This document shows, one piece after another, positions 9,563-19,526 of a stretch of 64,000 nt of DNA. Below the pieces are notes generated by a model. It ran no database searches, had not been told where the DNA came from, and saw only the letters and a list, made by a program, of their open reading frames with translations. Position numbers and translations under genes: made by a program. This DNA comes from Tortispora ganteri (lineage: Eukaryota): NCBI GenBank assembly GCA_003707115.1, contig PPNB01000029.1:1-64000 (forward strand). Direction: 5' to 3'. The first letter of the stretch is position 1. The number at the start of each line of letters is the position of its first letter.

Positions 9563-10297
9563 CTATATGAAGAAATAGGCCAAGCCACCGCAAACCATCA
9601 TGCTGAAGAACGTCCACCAGACGAAATCATAATTTATTCCATTAATATGCAAATTTGCGTTCCTGTCGTCGAAGGATCTTTTCCGCATTTTTGAGTTAGA
9701 AAATGTAGTTGCGTCAGCTGAGGCAGTGGGGTTGAGCGTAATTGTGGGCAGCATCATAGGCGGGCGGTACTTCAAATACATGGGGTTCGTTGGTGTGCCG
9801 TCGAACTCGTAGAGACGCAGCATATAGTTGCCGAGATAATTGTCAACTAGGATTTCGAATCGTTGATACACTAGGAACTGGTAGTACCGCATGTACACTG
9901 AGAATCCAGCATCAGTGCAAGGGTTTGAGTAGAGCTGGCGGCCGTCTGGCTGGAACGGGCTGAGGAGAAGAGAGTAGTTTGATGCGATCTCATAGGTACC
10001 ATGCTGAAATATGAGGGCCGCCGAAGGACAACTGGGCGTTTGCGGATTCGGTGTGACAGCGTAAATGGCCATTTCCCAGTATCCATCGTCTGTGAAAGAG
10101 AAAGACATGCCTGGATGGTCTGGCTCTTCGAGATACTCGTCGACGGGATCATAGAATCCTGGCCCCGTGAAGACCGAATCTGAGAGTGTTGACCACGTAC
10201 CATAGAGCGAAGTGACATTATTATTCGGCAGCACTGTATCGGCGGCCATAGCAGCGCCTATAAGCAGTATGTGTACAATTAGCAGTCGGGTAGACAT
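9563..10297 (-). CDS. ROT1: ER chaperone Rot1
   Basis: Signal peptide, LYGTWS..S.SVFTGPGFYDPVD, DGRQLYSNPC, YRPPMMLPTITLNPT and C-terminal TM. Confidence 0.95.
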   Translation of the reverse strand: MSTRLLIVHILLIGAAMAADTVLPNNNVTSLYGTWSTLSDSVFTGPGFYDPVDEYLEEPDHPGMSFSFTDDGYWEMAIYAVTPNPQTPSCPSAALIFQHGTYEIASNYSLLLSPFQPDGRQLYSNPCTDAGFSVYMRYYQFLVYQRFEILVDNYLGNYMLRLYEFDGTPTNPMYLKYRPPMMLPTITLNPTASADATTFSNSKMRKRSFDDRNANLHINGINYDFVWWTFFSMMVCGGLAYFFI

Positions 10298-10749
10298 CGC
10301 GCCGCGTTCTGAAGGCTTGGGGGAGAGAGATTGAAGGGGTATTAATCAGTGAAACTGCTGCAGGTGCAAATCAAGTCACGCCAACAATTCTTGTAGTTTG
10401 CTAAATATAACCGCTCAGGGGCACAGAAACAATAAAAAAAAAGGTACCAATAGAGGAAAGCGGTCGTTGTTTTTGCGCCAGCTTATGAGCAATTTGTATC
10501 GCAAGTAAAGGGATGAGAACAGGTAACTAAAGTCCTTTTAGGGTTATGGGGTTGAACGATCTTTTTTCCCCCCTGTACCCAGCCGCTTCTTCCGCATTAG
10601 GCAGTCATATTAGTTTTAGAGTTTCTGTAACTTTGCATGCTTGGTCTGCCATCAAGGCTGCAGGTGTGAATTGTTTTTATTTTCTTTCTCTCTACCTACC
10701 TGCTCGCATCTGAACCGCGAGTGTACGAGGCCGTTGTGATACTAAGAGG

Positions 10750-11940
10750 ATGAGTCACGCGATAAAAACAGAGAAAGACCGTAAAGAGTCGCCTGCGAAG
10801 CCCGGTACTGATTGGTTCAAGCACACGGGACTGGCGACTCCCCCTGAGACGCCAAAGAAGACCAGAGCCAGAAGACTGCCCAGTTCACCGCGTCGTCCAC
10901 GACTAAAAGACCATGAAAGACTTTTAGACCTTGAAGGCTCAGTTTCTCTGACATCTAAGGAGATGCACTACTTGTATCACGTGCTGAAATGGTCAAAACG
11001 GCTGATTGTAGTGACGGGCGCTGGCGTCTCTGTTGCTGCAGGCATACCTGATTTCAGATCGGCGCAAGGGCTGTTCAGCGGGAATTCTAAAGCTACCGGT
11101 GGCCGTCGCGGTAAAGAGATGTTTGACGCACATGTTGTGAACAAAGATTCGGGGTCCGTACATGATTACCTGGCTATGATCACGAAATTGTCCCAGGTAT
11201 GCGCGTCGGCCAGATCGACTCCTACGCAATTCCACAAATTCGTAGCCGATATTGCGCTTTCAGGACGACTTTCTCGACTCTATACTCAGAACATTGATGA
11301 CATTGAATCAGATTTCGATGTGCTGAAACCTTGTGTCCCGTTATCGGCGGAGTCCAAGACAGTTCAGCTGCATGGATCGATTACCAAAGTATGTTGCTCT
11401 AAATGCTCGTACATTAGTGACTATAATGCGGAACTGTTTGAGACTGAAGCAGCACTAAACGAATATCCAGCATGCCCAGAGTGTCTAGAGTTCGATTCTG
11501 TACGTGCTGTGGCGGGCAAACGCCAGCAAGGGTCTGGCGTGCTTAGACCACGAATTGTGCTGTACAATGAACCCAACAATGACTCAGAACAGATCGGACT
11601 AATTACAGAAAAAGACCTCAAATCGCGACCAGACGGGCTGATTGTGGTCGGAACTACACTGCGAATACCTGGAGTTCGCAGGATGGTGCGAGAGTTGTCT
11701 AAAGCCATTCACGCTACAGCGCCGACTACTGGAGGATGCATATACATTAACGACGAAATAGAGTCCATAAGCGCGGAGATGGACGCATGCTTTGATTTAG
11801 TTGTCAAGGGTGATTGTCAGGCCATTCCACAGTTATTATGGGACCATGAAATAGAAAAGGGAGATGGTGCATTGCCGCGTAAACGAATCAAGCTCGAGAG
11901 CGCGCCAACAGATGCGACAGTCTCTACAAAAAGCTCTTGA
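10750..11940 (+). CDS. HST4: NAD-dependent sirtuin deacetylase, Hst4 type
   Basis: VVTGAGVSVAAGIPDFRS, LYTQNID, catalytic QLHG, Zn cysteines, LRPRIVLYNE and IVVGTTLRIPGV. Confidence 0.85.
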   Translation: MSHAIKTEKDRKESPAKPGTDWFKHTGLATPPETPKKTRARRLPSSPRRPRLKDHERLLDLEGSVSLTSKEMHYLYHVLKWSKRLIVVTGAGVSVAAGIPDFRSAQGLFSGNSKATGGRRGKEMFDAHVVNKDSGSVHDYLAMITKLSQVCASARSTPTQFHKFVADIALSGRLSRLYTQNIDDIESDFDVLKPCVPLSAESKTVQLHGSITKVCCSKCSYISDYNAELFETEAALNEYPACPECLEFDSVRAVAGKRQQGSGVLRPRIVLYNEPNNDSEQIGLITEKDLKSRPDGLIVVGTTLRIPGVRRMVRELSKAIHATAPTTGGCIYINDEIESISAEMDACFDLVVKGDCQAIPQLLWDHEIEKGDGALPRKRIKLESAPTDATVSTKSS

Positions 11941-12721
11941 ACAGATGGCTGAATATATTGGGCGCAGATTTGCCATGAATAATTTCACCGTGACACATGA
12001 CAATATAATTGATATCCCAGGCATTCATAATACGGACTGCCTTCTTGGAACCATCGTGCACCTTAAGGAATACATGCGAGAGCACCCAGGGCTGAATGTT
12101 GGAGTCCAGGTTCGCACTCGATAGCCAGGTGAGAGCCTTACTGTACCAGTTAGAAGGCGTAGCGATGCCAGATTTGCTGAATTGACTCGTAGCAGGTAGA
12201 TTGAAAAGAAGATCGGCAGATATCAATGCCTTGTTTGGCTTGTGGTACATGACAATTTCCTTGTTAACATGGCCGGGAAGATAGACAAATTCGAGCTCGT
12301 TGTCGAGATCAGTCAACCCAATATCTGAAGGAAGTAGCTTCCGATAAGCCAATGACGAGGGAATCCAGGAGTTTGTAGTAATACTGGGGAACCGTTTAGC
12401 AATCGGTTCAGGTCCGATCACATGCGCATCTGGATACGCCTCAAGGTAAGCGTCGACGGCCAGATAATGCTCAATATCGGGTATCACTAAATAATCAATC
12501 TTTCCATTACCCAGAAAGTCAACTAAGTCAGTAGACTCAGACGTAATGGGCATTGGCGCATAGACGAGCAGTTTAGACTCGCCTTTGGTAGTGTTCAGTT
12601 TAAGAAATGTGGTTCTAGCGCCGATATCGAAGCGGTGTACTCGTCGAAAAGGCGCATTCACGACGTACATGGATGCTGTGAGTTTCTCAGAAAATGCAGC
12701 TAGCGGTTCAAAGTACAGCAT
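11924..12721 (-). CDS. DUF4336 family protein (metallo-beta-lactamase-like fold)
   Basis: YLVIPDIEHYL, AYPDAHVIGPE, GHVNKEIVMYHK...ADLLFNLPA and W....IVMCHGE motifs, typical of fungal DUF4336 proteins. Confidence 0.75.
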   Translation of the reverse strand: MLYFEPLAAFSEKLTASMYVVNAPFRRVHRFDIGARTTFLKLNTTKGESKLLVYAPMPITSESTDLVDFLGNGKIDYLVIPDIEHYLAVDAYLEAYPDAHVIGPEPIAKRFPSITTNSWIPSSLAYRKLLPSDIGLTDLDNELEFVYLPGHVNKEIVMYHKPNKALISADLLFNLPATSQFSKSGIATPSNWYSKALTWLSSANLDSNIQPWVLSHVFLKVHDGSKKAVRIMNAWDINYIVMCHGEIIHGKSAPNIFSHLFKSFL

Positions 12722-12819
12722 TGTTTAGTGGTATTCTGGCGGGCTAAAAGTGATGTTGAAGCTGAAAACAAGCTTTCGCTATCACAATGAGGCGGCGTTA
12801 TGGGCGGGTCTTGTTAAAC

Positions 12820-12829
12820 ATTACGTAAT
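12820..12829. promoter_or_regulatory. Palindromic bZIP (Yap/YRE-A type) site ATTACGTAAT
   Basis: 10-bp palindrome about 100 bp upstream of the DUF4336 ATG. Confidence 0.4.
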
Positions 12830-12889
12830 TAGGTACTCAGTACGATTGATCTGGACCACAAAGAAATGCACAGAAAACTGTACAGAAAA

Positions 12890-13353
12890 TTTATCAATCT
12901 GTAAGTAATATTATAAAGATTCTCAATGTGGATTTGAACCAATCGCACGCCATCAGAGTTCTTTGTGGTGAACCCTGAATGTCACATGACATTGTGGAAA
13001 AATGTTGTTGAACACCTTCCAACCATACTCGCTAATTAAAATGTAGCCATACCACATAACGTATCACATAAAATGTCTCGGACTCGGCAATCAGCTCTGC
13101 TGTCGCCTTGTTGCATACCACATGTACTGTTTCAGACACATTGTGTGCCCCGTGTTCGTAAGCACAAGATAATCGATTTTCCCCGTTCCCCAGATTCTCG
13201 ATCGTATTCCAGGTATTGTCAAGAACAGCAATATATCTCCGTTAAGCCAGCGTCCTGACGTCAGATACAATTATCTGAGTTGAAAATCCGGGTAACGCTA
13301 CTCGTCTTACTGAGTTAACAGTTTCGTTTCGTGATATAGCGGTTTAAATACAT
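12890..13353 (-). pseudogene. Degraded tandem paralogue of the DUF4336 gene
   Basis: Frameshifted ENLGNG/KIDYLVLTNTGH (13199-13145) versus DFLGNGKIDYLVIPDIEH in the intact neighbour. Further collinear weak blocks, with multiple stops and frameshifts. Confidence 0.7.
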
Positions 13354-14685
13354 TCATGCAGGGCGTCTCAGCGAGTTTCTGTCAATCGAGGAGCTACGTC
13401 TGTATTCGTCCATAGAGAAAGACGTTGTAGAAGTGCTGCTAGATGAGCTACGCCGACGTTGTCGACGGCCTTCGGACGGATCCGGCAGCTTGCCTATGGT
13501 GCGTGCCAATAATGCAAATATGTCTGTAAGTGATAGTACACCAACGAGTTTGCCAGAAGTTGTACGTAGAGAAGAAGGCTCAGACTCTATGTCTGGAAGC
13601 GTAGGTGATGTAAAAGGTTCAGTGATCCACATTCGATGCGACTTCGTGGCAACCAGCTTGGCAATTGCATGCGCCAACGTTGAGTTTCTAGTGACATTAA
13701 AAACAGGGTACGAGTCCCTGCCATCTTCAACACCTCTTCCACTTAATACGTGCGTGAGAAACTGCTTGCACGGTTCTTTTAACAGTTTGGCTTGGCTTGA
13801 GTTTGTGACGTATTTGACATCAACAACTGAAATGTTACCCAAAACGTTTTTTTTGCTATCCACAACAGCCAACGAAGACATCCCTGTCTCGTCCATTAGA
13901 GCAAATGCTTCAATAACAGGTTTGTCTTCGTGTATACATACAACATCGACAGACCCGATTTTCAGTTCACCAATAGTGGCCTGCAGCAGCGGTTCAAGAT
14001 GAGGGAAGGAGCGTGCATTGTTCCACAGGTAGCGTAACAACCTACGTTGCGATAGTATACCGATAACTTGCTCCTTTGGAGTCTGAGAATCGGTAATTCT
14101 AGTAACAGCAATTCTGTGAACGCCCGATCCCAAAAGTTCCACGACGGTAGCCAAAGATTCTGTTACAGGTACCTTTATGAATGGTTCCTTTGGGCCTAGA
14201 GATGCAACGAACGCCACCGGCACAGATTGGCCCTTTTTGGCCTTTTCGATGTACGCTTTAGCCTCATCGCTTTGGTTTGCGATTGATGTCTTGCCGAGCA
14301 CAAGTAGCAGCAGTGCATTGATATTACCGTAGTCGAAAGAAGTAGAGACCGTTTCATCTTCGGGCGAGACCTTTAGGGCCAGAGAAGTCAGTCCATGTTC
14401 AATCAAGGTGTTATGGGCCTCTTCAACGGATGTTTCACCATCGATATATACCAGACGGTCATCCTGTGTTAGTTCTTGTAGGGGTACGGACCACCAGTCA
14501 CGACGAGGCACGTTCGCTGTGACCAAGGGAGGAGTAGACAGTATGTCGGCTACGCTTGAATGGCGACGGTCAGGTGCCGAAGCATTAGATGTTCGTGGTG
14601 ATCGCGGTGTATTTAATTGTGTTGTAGCAGGTTCTGATGCCGGTTTTCTGGCGGATATTGGCGAGGTCTCTTGCTGATTGGACAT
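13354..14685 (-). CDS. SDS23: CBS-domain protein Sds23/Sds24
   Basis: Start MSNQQ at 14685. Tandem CBS domains, LGSGVHRIAV, GILSQRRLLRYLW and AKLVATKSHRMWI. Confidence 0.9.
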   Translation of the reverse strand: MSNQQETSPISARKPASEPATTQLNTPRSPRTSNASAPDRRHSSVADILSTPPLVTANVPRRDWWSVPLQELTQDDRLVYIDGETSVEEAHNTLIEHGLTSLALKVSPEDETVSTSFDYGNINALLLLVLGKTSIANQSDEAKAYIEKAKKGQSVPVAFVASLGPKEPFIKVPVTESLATVVELLGSGVHRIAVTRITDSQTPKEQVIGILSQRRLLRYLWNNARSFPHLEPLLQATIGELKIGSVDVVCIHEDKPVIEAFALMDETGMSSLAVVDSKKNVLGNISVVDVKYVTNSSQAKLLKEPCKQFLTHVLSGRGVEDGRDSYPVFNVTRNSTLAHAIAKLVATKSHRMWITEPFTSPTLPDIESEPSSLRTTSGKLVGVLSLTDIFALLARTIGKLPDPSEGRRQRRRSSSSSTSTTSFSMDEYRRSSSIDRNSLRRPA

Positions 14686-17478
14686 TGTGGGAAAGGATCG
14701 ACAAGAATAATGACGACAAGAGGTGGCAATTGATTTTCTGGTTCGAAGCAGATGAAGTGGGATGTAAAAGTCAATAAAGCACAAAATACTAATTCTTTGT
14801 TTATTTCAAGTATAATTGACGTCTTTTAACAGGCGGAATCCCTGGTTTTGGAGATTGTATAGAGAGAAATTTCGCGTAATGACAAGGTACACAAAACGAA
14901 GTTAGAAACGCGCAATTTTTCTAGTACAGTAAGAAGAGAATTCAAAAACAAAAGTATTACTAAAGTTCTAGCGGTATTTCACTAAAGAAAAATACTTTTT
15001 AAATGATCTTTAGGATGTTTTTACTAGAAGCAAAAATCAAAAGAGGTTGCAGAGTGAGGTGATAGGTTTTGGGGGAGAAAAGGGGAAAAGCCAAGTGGGA
15101 GCGCGCCGGATCAGCTGACTTGCTAACCCTCACTAATGCCAGTGTGCAAGAAACTGCAGACCTGTAACAGGTAGTAAATAAAAATCTATGTTACTGTAGT
15201 AGCGATAATAACAGCAGTAATAACGGACGTAGAAATAAGGGTACAGTTACAAAGAGAAGAGATAGAGAGTGGATAAGAGCTGAAAGTATACATGATTTTA
15301 GCTGTCAGAAAGATGTAGGGCTGTAACTAGGTTTAGTGATGACCAATCAAAAAAGCTCATCGCTAGACTATTATCTAATTTAGTCGGCCTGAAACCTTAT
15401 TGTTTTTAAAGTTTGGAGTGTGACGGCTTGGTGTCGAGCTGATTCACCAAGAGTTATATTCGTATTAAGGAATATTAACGCGGAGAGGGCTTAGGCAGGC
15501 AGGCCGAAGCATTTCTAGTAGTTTGAAGTTATTATTAAACGAGATATCTTAGGAGTTTGAGGTGGAAACTTGTCTACAGGAAGCGGTATTGGAATCGAGC
15601 GTATCGAACGGTATTATAACTAGAGCGGTAAGAGTAGAATCGACCCAGTGCGGTGCGGTGCAGCTTTTCAGGCTGTTGATGCAGTTCAGTGATAGTACGA
15701 TCTTTTGATTACATAGTATATACTAATTTTAGTAGCTCAAGCGAACGTTCTTTAAGAAGAAGCGATTTGCAAATTAGATCTTCCCAAAGCGGAAAACCAA
15801 GATGTGTGATAGGCAGTTCTTAAGTTATGGCAGGTACGATCTGCAATGTGATAGAATCCACACTAATGAGTCTATTCGATAGACTGAGCTTTGCATTGCT
15901 TATTCTGTATGATGTGCATTAAATGCAATCTAAGACATGAGCAATTGGAATATCAACCAGACATTACGAAATCTGTGGTGTTACTATATGTAAATTTGAG
16001 TAATAAAGATGGACGAGTTACAAATAGGACTATTAAATTAAGCAGCTAATTTAATATATTAACATTCTAGTTATCGATGTTAAATCACGATTTAGCTAGA
16101 TTGCTGGTATTTATGGCTATTGTGACTAGATCAAGTGTATATGTGACGTTTAGCTGGACATTGCACGAGGACCATGGTTTTAGTGTGCGAGTAGCGTCAA
16201 GTGATATGGAAAATGGCAAGCGAACTCCTCTGCTGATTTCCATAAATGCACATCTAACGCTAAACGTTGATCGGAAGGTTGATTTACTAATTAGCTTGAT
16301 AGTTCGTGAATGTTTATGTAAGATATATGTTGAAGTGTATGTCAATTGTTTCAAGTCTGATTTTGTTTACGCTCATATTCTGGATAATAGCGATAACTAT
16401 GGCCGTCAACCAAGGTGGCAAAATCGGTCGCTAAAATGTAATGTTACAACATTCAGAGCTATCACAGCTGTTTTCATATCAAACATCTAGCAGTGTAAAC
16501 TCACCAAGGTAGAATAACCGCTTGTACACCGACCGGCAACTCAATATATAGCACCTTGATCCAAGCGGTACAATTGCCACAATAGTAATAACAGCCTTCT
16601 TGGGGATCTATCTATCGCAGTAATTTACAGCTGTATTGTAATAATATGTTTATCGTACAGGCACTGCGCAGTATCTGAAAGGTAGTCTAACCATTGTCCT
16701 CCAAGTAAATACTTAATCGGTTAGTTGCTAGCTAGTAGGGTAGTTGACTGTCTAGAGACTGTGACACTCTTCAGGAAAGACTCGTAGGGATCGCGCAAGA
16801 AAACTAATTTTCCTCATAATTGAGGATTCGGGCTACAAGCGTCTTATCAAAACTATTCTGCCTTTGTGAATTTCAAGTCTTCGAAAGACAGTCATTGGAC
16901 ATGATCAAAGCCAAACATAGTAGCGCCTCGTAGTTGCAGAGCGCATCTGAAACCTAAAAAGAGTAATTCCAGGAGAATCGTAAACTTTATATTAATTAAC
17001 GTTTATAGATTTATATTTAAGTTTTAACTCTATCCGTTCTCGCCGTGAACTGACTAATGAGAATTTCAAGTGCCGCTTTTCCGAGGAATCAACTATAGAT
17101 ATATAACGATCAACATTGTTTCCAATTTTTTGTGATTATAATATACATTAGACTGCCCTGTGAAAGAAAAGAAAAAAGAATACACACAGAATTCGCTAGG
17201 TCGATCAATTCGCACCAATTATTTCCTCTTTTTTCCCTTCAGTAGGCGGCGTTAGCTATATCCCTTCTATATTCCTATTTCCGCGCACAGGTTCTAGCTT
17301 AAACCACCTTGACGCTTCCTAATTAGCCACTTGTTTTGTCTTCACATTCTGGAAAAGTTCACTTTTCCTCTTGCAGTTTAGCATTTGCATCGTCCCTGAG
17401 CTTGACATTGTCACGGCCAAAGTAAACAAGGCTAATCTGCGCTTTTGCCCTCTCTAATACACACGCACTATAGACTAA

Positions 17479-18519
17479 ATGGCGCCTGCTTCGCACCATT
17501 CGCATCCTCACGGTGGTGCTGCGTCACCACCACATATCGGCTCTTTGTCGAGACATAACGATCCTACTCGAAGAAGAGTAGGAAAGGCCTGCGACAGCTG
17601 TAGAATAAAAAAATCAAAATGCGATGGGCATCGTCCTTGCACTCGCTGCGTTACCGACCACAAGATCTGTACTTTCTCCGATCGCAAGAAAGCAAAGGAA
17701 AAAACGCATCCCCCAGGCTACGTTGAGCTTCTCGAATCGCGCCTTGAAATATTGCAGTCTGGTCTCCAAAGTTTAGTCGTCGAACTGCTCGACCCGGAGA
17801 CAAATCGTGACGAAGTGCTCCAAGACTTGTTAGACCCGAGCGGCAATGTTTCTATAAACCATCTCCTAAGACAAATCACAAAGAACGACCCTGCCTCCAG
17901 AGCTCTGTTATCTGGCGAGTTCTCTGATATGGATCACTCGGACTCTGAATTTCACTCTCATTCGCCTGTAAGTGATGACAGCAAAAGCTTTAATCTGAAG
18001 TCTAAACCACCATTCAATTCTGAGAACTACTTCCCGACTTCCAATACCCAATCACTTTCTGCCTCTACTTCTTCTTCTATGAATAATGTTGACGAATTAC
18101 GACCCACCAAATGGCCCTTGTGCGTCACGTACCCGGAAGTATTCTCTGCTGACGGCAACTCCACAGATCTCGACTCTGATCTTGATTCTCCTATGATGTT
18201 TCCCAATAATGACTATGCTAACACGGGACTCGGTAAATTTCCTGGGTCTGCCACTGCTCTTGCTTCTGGCCGCATAACCAATTCTGCACCCACGTCGAAC
18301 CCCACCGACGGATCATATGTCATGAGCACAATTGACACCGACGTGGATTCTCTGCAGTCTGCCGACATGCCTATCACCGCTCCGACGTTCTTCTCTGCGG
18401 CGTCTCCGGGTATGACAGTTCCGGATTTCGACGATCTCTCTGACCTCAAAAAGTCACCTGAGCCTAACAGCAATATAGACGTGTGGCTTACGAATTCTCT
18501 TGATCCTATTACGCTCTAA
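17479..18519 (+). CDS. FCR1: Zn(II)2Cys6 transcription factor, Fcr1-like
   Basis: RVGKACDSCRIKKSKCDGHRPCTRCVTDHKIC followed by KEKTHPPGYVELLESRL, matching recalled Candida Fcr1. Confidence 0.72.
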   Translation: MAPASHHSHPHGGAASPPHIGSLSRHNDPTRRRVGKACDSCRIKKSKCDGHRPCTRCVTDHKICTFSDRKKAKEKTHPPGYVELLESRLEILQSGLQSLVVELLDPETNRDEVLQDLLDPSGNVSINHLLRQITKNDPASRALLSGEFSDMDHSDSEFHSHSPVSDDSKSFNLKSKPPFNSENYFPTSNTQSLSASTSSSMNNVDELRPTKWPLCVTYPEVFSADGNSTDLDSDLDSPMMFPNNDYANTGLGKFPGSATALASGRITNSAPTSNPTDGSYVMSTIDTDVDSLQSADMPITAPTFFSAASPGMTVPDFDDLSDLKKSPEPNSNIDVWLTNSLDPITL

Positions 18520-18686
18520 AAGCATTTTACTACATTTTACCTAATTATATGACAAAAACTCTTACCAATGTAGTCTCTACATTTTTTCTAATAATTAATC
18601 TATTCTTTATACTTATATTTTTAATACTATTACTCTTCATACTCTTAAATTATGTAGTTTTCTGTTATAGTACAGATCATGAGCTG

Positions 18687-19526
18687 TTATTTTTGCCCTG
18701 CTTTTGTTGATGACTCTAATTTTTTGCCCATCAGCGCCTTCTGCACCATAGGCCGCTTCAACATCGTTTGATGCCAGAGTGCGACTTCTGGAAATTCTTC
18801 TGCGAGGTTAATGCCGACCTTCGAGCTGACCTCATTCCAAGGTACAAACGACAGATCCGCTACTGTGGTCCTATTTCCAACAAGCCACACAGGTGACCGC
18901 TCGACAACTGATCTGCACTTTAGCACCTCCGACTCGTCGCCGATACTTTCGCATTCTAGCAAAAGCTGCTCGCGTCGCTCAGCCAAAACCATTTCTACGA
19001 CTCCGTACATCCGTCGCAACTCGTTCAGGTACCGCTTGACAGCGCTAGGGATACGCGTCTCGTGGAAATGCAGAAAATGCAACGCTTGGCCGAACATGTT
19101 TGCCTGAGCGGTCGCCTCGAAGTAAAGCCATGACACAATCTGTGCCTTCTCTTTTGGATCAAACGACCAGAGTGAGCACGGCATTCCCTTCTTCTCGCAC
19201 AAATACTGCACTATCGACCCTGACTCCCATACAGCAAAATCGTCTGCATCGTGATCAACCAGCGCTGGAACCCGGGCGTTAGGATTGATCGTTAGGTACT
19301 CTGGATTCTTTTGTTCATCCTTGCTGAAATCAATAAATACTGTCCGATGAGGGAACTCTAGCTCACACAAAACGATCTCTACTTTGAAAGCGTTTGGTGC
19401 AGACTTGTTCGAGTATAGTGTTAGCCCAGAAGTAGGTAAGTCATCGTCCTCTGACTTGTCAGAGTCATGTTCGCTCTGTGGACCTATAGATATAGGTGCA
19501 CTCTTCTCCTTGTACTCTGCCGTCAT
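18687..19526 (-). CDS. URE2: GST-fold nitrogen catabolite repression regulator Ure2, 279 aa
   Basis: SAPNAFKV, INPNARVPALVDH, MFGQALHF, RRMYGVVEMVLAERRE plus alpha-cap insert and PVWLVG...ADLSFVPWN. Confidence 0.9.
   Translation of the reverse strand: MTAEYKEKSAPISIGPQSEHDSDKSEDDDLPTSGLTLYSNKSAPNAFKVEIVLCELEFPHRTVFIDFSKDEQKNPEYLTINPNARVPALVDHDADDFAVWESGSIVQYLCEKKGMPCSLWSFDPKEKAQIVSWLYFEATAQANMFGQALHFLHFHETRIPSAVKRYLNELRRMYGVVEMVLAERREQLLLECESIGDESEVLKCRSVVERSPVWLVGNRTTVADLSFVPWNEVSSKVGINLAEEFPEVALWHQTMLKRPMVQKALMGKKLESSTKAGQK

Noticed and set aside
12930..12940. Pol III B-box GGTTCAAATCC (minus), possible tRNA
   Set aside because: No T-stem or cloverleaf, it lies inside the pseudogene relic, and a single match in 64 kb is plausible by chance.
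12855..12969. 11-bp inverted repeat ACCACAAAGAA/TTCTTTGTGGT (possible MITE)
   Set aside because: No target-site duplication or second copy, and one arm lies in relic coding sequence.
12866..13059. Plus-strand spliced mini-gene using GTAAGT at 12901
   Set aside because: Non-consensus branch point, and the spliced product stops after about 15 codons.
16077..16490. 137-aa ORF in the long intergenic region
   Set aside because: No recognisable motif and no supporting evidence. Left uncalled.
17009..17019. S. cerevisiae ARS consensus match ATTTATATTTA
   Set aside because: Common in AT-rich DNA, and the ACS is not known to apply to this lineage.
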